A stretch of DNA of 20,000 nt. Origin: an uncultured virus (IMG/VR IMGVR_UViG_3300018878_000140) (lineage: Duplodnaviria > Heunggongvirae > Uroviricota > Caudoviricetes). A model generated the notes under the pieces. The model was not told the origin of the DNA, made no database searches, and saw only the letters and a program-made list of their open reading frames with translations. Both the position numbers and the translations under genes were made by a program. The stretch spans positions 58,053 through 78,052 of the IMG/VR virus record IMGVR_UViG_3300018878_000140. One strand, written 5' to 3'. This document shows, piece after piece, positions 17,463-20,000 of this stretch (positions within the stretch are counted from its first letter, which is position 1; every line of letters starts with the position of its first letter).

Positions 17463-18011
17463 ATGAATTATCATAGTATATTTCATGATGATATGAAAAA
17501 TGGTACAGGTTTAAGAGTTGTACTATTTGTAAGTGGCTGTAGCCATAATTGTAGAGGGTGTCAAAATCCAGACACGCATGATTTTAAATCAGGAGAATTA
17601 TTTGATAAGTCCGCAATGGACAGAATCAGAAAATACCTTGATCGTGATTATATAGACGGTATCACATTAACAGGTGGAGATCCTTTACATCCTGCAAATT
17701 TAGAGGAAATTGATGAACTTATTCATATGATAAGAGAAGAATTTCCTGATAAGACAATCTGGTTATATACTGGATATACTATAGAAGAAATTATGGAAAG
17801 AGAAAGTCTTTCTAAAATTGTTTCTGAAGTGGATGTTTTAGTTGATGGAAGATTTGATATAGAGTTACTTGATGCAAATTATCCATGGGCTGGAAGTACA
17901 AATCAGAGAGTAATTGATATAAAAGAAACTCTTAAAACATATCCTGAAATTGTCTTATTTAAAGAAGATGATGTAGAATCTAAAACTAATAAAATATTAT
18001 TTGGCGAATAA
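17463..18011 (+). CDS. nrdG: Class III RNR activating protein (radical SAM)
   Basis: DMKNGTGLRVVLFVSGCSHNCRGCQN (CxxxCxxC), GITLTGGDPL, WLYTGY, VLVDGRF, WAGSTNQRVID. Start moved to ATG 17463 (SD AAGGAGGT). Confidence 0.96.
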   Translation: MNYHSIFHDDMKNGTGLRVVLFVSGCSHNCRGCQNPDTHDFKSGELFDKSAMDRIRKYLDRDYIDGITLTGGDPLHPANLEEIDELIHMIREEFPDKTIWLYTGYTIEEIMERESLSKIVSEVDVLVDGRFDIELLDANYPWAGSTNQRVIDIKETLKTYPEIVLFKEDDVESKTNKILFGE

Positions 18012-18015
18012 TAAA

Positions 18016-18041
18016 TAGAGGGTGGAGTGATCCACCCTCTA
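18016..18041 (+). terminator. Intrinsic terminator after nrdG
   Basis: TAGAGGGTGGA-GTGA-TCCACCCTCTA, 11-bp stem with a GNRA loop and T-rich tail. Confidence 0.85.
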
Positions 18042-18063
18042 GCACTTATTTTATTTTTTAATT

Positions 18064-18079
18064 GTATAATATAAATATG
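18064..18079 (+). promoter_or_regulatory. Early-type phage promoter GTATAATATAA-ATAT-G
   Basis: TATAWTATAA-N4-G motif upstream of ATG 18115. Confidence 0.45.
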
Positions 18080-18114
18080 TAGAAATACAATATTTATAAA
18101 AAGGAGTAAATAAA

Positions 18115-18603
18115 ATGAAAGAAATTAATATTAAAACTGATGGTAAAATTATTATGGCTTTTACTGATCCGGTAGATGGAGATGAAAATCCTTATAAATA
18201 TTTTACCGATAATTTCACAGGTGAAGGAGTTCATGCATATCATATTTTTAACACTCCAAAAGAATTTGTAACTAAATGGTTAGAAATTTATAATAAACCT
18301 AATGGAATGTGGTATTGGGTTTTAGATGGAGATAAATGTATTTGTTCTGGAGCATGTGATCCTGATGATATACATATATTTAGAACACATTGGAATTTAA
18401 TTATAAATTATAAAGTTAAATTATATGAAGGCAAAGATGAAATGATGCCATATGAAATAAATGTAACAGACGTATACAGCGAAGAAGATGCAAAACAAAA
18501 AGCAAAAGAAATTATTGCAGATATTGGTTATTTTGGTGCAATGACAAAGGAAGAAATAATAAAAAGACTTACTGTTAAAAATGTTACAGTAGGTGTTGTA
18601 TAA
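18115..18603 (+). CDS. Hypothetical protein
   Basis: 162 aa ORF with SD AAGGAG, flanked by its own promoter motif and terminator. Confidence 0.75.
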   Translation: MKEINIKTDGKIIMAFTDPVDGDENPYKYFTDNFTGEGVHAYHIFNTPKEFVTKWLEIYNKPNGMWYWVLDGDKCICSGACDPDDIHIFRTHWNLIINYKVKLYEGKDEMMPYEINVTDVYSEEDAKQKAKEIIADIGYFGAMTKEEIIKRLTVKNVTVGVV

Positions 18604-18612
18604 AATAACTTA

Positions 18613-18646
18613 AATAGAGGGGAATCATACCCCTCTATTATTTTTT
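18613..18646 (+). terminator. Intrinsic terminator
   Basis: AATAGAGGGG-AATCATA-CCCCTCTATT followed by ATTTTTT. Confidence 0.85.
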
Positions 18647-18666
18647 GATCAAAATTCATAATAATA

Positions 18667-18719
18667 ATATATTATAAATAGGAATAATTAGAAATAATTT
18701 ATTCAAATACAATTAAGTA
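18667..18719 (+). promoter_or_regulatory. Tandem early-type (ATATATTATAA-ATAG-G, 18667-18682) and late-type (TACA-ATTAAG-TA, 18708-18719) promoters
   Basis: Both recurring motifs lie in the gap upstream of the beta'-N gene. Confidence 0.55.
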
Positions 18720-18744
18720 AACTAATGAAAGGAGTTATGTGTCT

Positions 18745-20000
18745 ATGTATAATCAAAATAAAACGGATTCTGGTGGTCCTAATATACGACTGCAGTATCC
18801 ATATAATGACAAATTTGATTACGAAACATGTTTAGAGAGATTAGATCTTGATAAACAAAGGGAGCAAAATATTAGAACAGGCAGAGGTTTTATTATTTCG
18901 GCTCCTAAAGGTATTAAAAAGGATATCAAGAATCAAGACGGTATATTTTCTAGTCGTTATGGTTCAAATTCAATATCCGATGTAGACTCATTTAATGGAC
19001 GTTATCGTTGTAGGTGCGGTATGAAGAGAGGCTCAATCAACCACGGTGAGCTTTGTGATGCTTGTAATACACGAGTACGTTTTGTGGATGACGATGTATC
19101 TATTAAAGGATACCTTGTATTAAAAGATAAATATTGGATTATTCATCCTAATATATATCGTTCTCTTGAAGGTTTTATTGGACCTGCAAGGCTTAATAGA
19201 ATTATAGAACCTGAAGTTACTGTAGATTCTAATGGTGCTGTTGTAGAAAATACAATAGTAAAGAAAAAAGATGAACCATTTAGAGGTATAGGTTTAATAG
19301 AATTTCATGATAGATTTGATGAAATTATGGATTTCTATCTTACAAGATTTCCTAATAAAAAGCATTTCTATGATGACATAATGAGACACAAGGATATTGC
19401 ATTTACCCATACAATCAGTGTGTATTCATCATTGTTAAGACCTTCTCGTTTGGATAATGGTTCTCTTAGATATGAAGCATGTAATGAGCAGTTTAATATG
19501 CTTGCTACATTGGTATATCAAGTTAATAACGATAAGCTTCATATAAATAGAAAAATAAAAGAAAAATATCAGCTTTTATATGATATTCAGTATCAATTAA
19601 ATACTGTATACAACGAGCTAAAAGAGATCTTAGCCAAGAAGAAAGGTGACTTAAGAAGCTCTATTGGTGGTAGATATTCATTTAGTTCAAGATCGGTAAT
19701 AAGACAAGATCCTTATCTTATGGCGGATCAAATTAAATTACCTTTCCATGGATTATGTGAATTATTACAACAGGTAATAATTAATATCTTGGTTAAAACT
19801 TATAACTTTAGCTATGCTGAAGCTTATAAGAAATGGTATAAAGCTCAGGTTACTGGAAATGATCAGGTTGTCTATGATATCATAGATGGTTTAATTAAAG
19901 ATAATCCTGATGGTGGATTACCATTCATTATAAATAGAAATCCTACTATTAACTATGGTGGTATATTAGCTGTAAGATGTATTGGTATTAATATGGATTA
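18745..20000 (+). CDS. Multisubunit RNA polymerase beta' subunit, N-terminal half (probably non-virion RNAP; runs off the window end; absent from the ORF track)
   Basis: Manual translation, open to the edge: DGIFSSRYG...YRCRCG...GELCDACN (beta' Zn finger), KKGDLRSSIGGRYSFSSRSVI (~KQGRFR..GKRVDYSGRSVI), INRNPTINYGGI (~LNRAPTLH). The catalytic DFDGD is expected just beyond the window. Alternative GTG start at 18739. Confidence 0.92.
   Translation, partial: MYNQNKTDSGGPNIRLQYPYNDKFDYETCLERLDLDKQREQNIRTGRGFIISAPKGIKKDIKNQDGIFSSRYGSNSISDVDSFNGRYRCRCGMKRGSINHGELCDACNTRVRFVDDDVSIKGYLVLKDKYWIIHPNIYRSLEGFIGPARLNRIIEPEVTVDSNGAVVENTIVKKKDEPFRGIGLIEFHDRFDEIMDFYLTRFPNKKHFYDDIMRHKDIAFTHTISVYSSLLRPSRLDNGSLRYEACNEQFNMLATLVYQVNNDKLHINRKIKEKYQLLYDIQYQLNTVYNELKEILAKKKGDLRSSIGGRYSFSSRSVIRQDPYLMADQIKLPFHGLCELLQQVIINILVKTYNFSYAEAYKKWYKAQVTGNDQVVYDIIDGLIKDNPDGGLPFIINRNPTINYGGILAVRCIGINMD

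Noticed and set aside
1..20000. Stop-codon reassignment (TAG/TGA recoding as in some gut jumbo phages)
   Set aside because: Long genes are intact under code 11, coding density is high, and TAA, TAG and TGA all end genes.
13811..20000. Group I introns or inteins in RNAP or nrdD genes (common in AR9-like phages)
   Set aside because: All three reading frames are continuous and of the expected size within the window.

Overview
AT-rich (roughly 25% GC by eye), gene-dense segment of a jumbo phage of the phiKZ/AR9 (PBS1)-like type, which encode split multisubunit RNA polymerases. The host is probably an anaerobic, possibly spore-forming Firmicute. The window carries a DnaB-like helicase (partial, missing from the ORF track), an SbcD/Mre11 nuclease, a thymidylate kinase, a PD-(D/E)XK nuclease and two probable virion proteins. 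It also carries a beta'-C RNAP subunit (virion type), class III ribonucleotide reductase nrdD/nrdG and a beta'-N RNAP subunit (partial, missing from the ORF track). Two phage promoter motifs recur in the intergenic gaps: late-like ACA-N6-TA and early-like TATAWTATAA-N4-G. Most notable observations: (1) a candidate ~110-nt structured small RNA at 3304-3412 on the + strand with its own late-type promoter; (2) a degenerate Spo0A effector domain fused to an acidic Cys-rich N-terminus; (3) a repeated arrangement in which a hairpin overlaps the late promoter and abuts the ribosome-binding site. All calls come from reading the sequence and remembered motifs; no searches were run.
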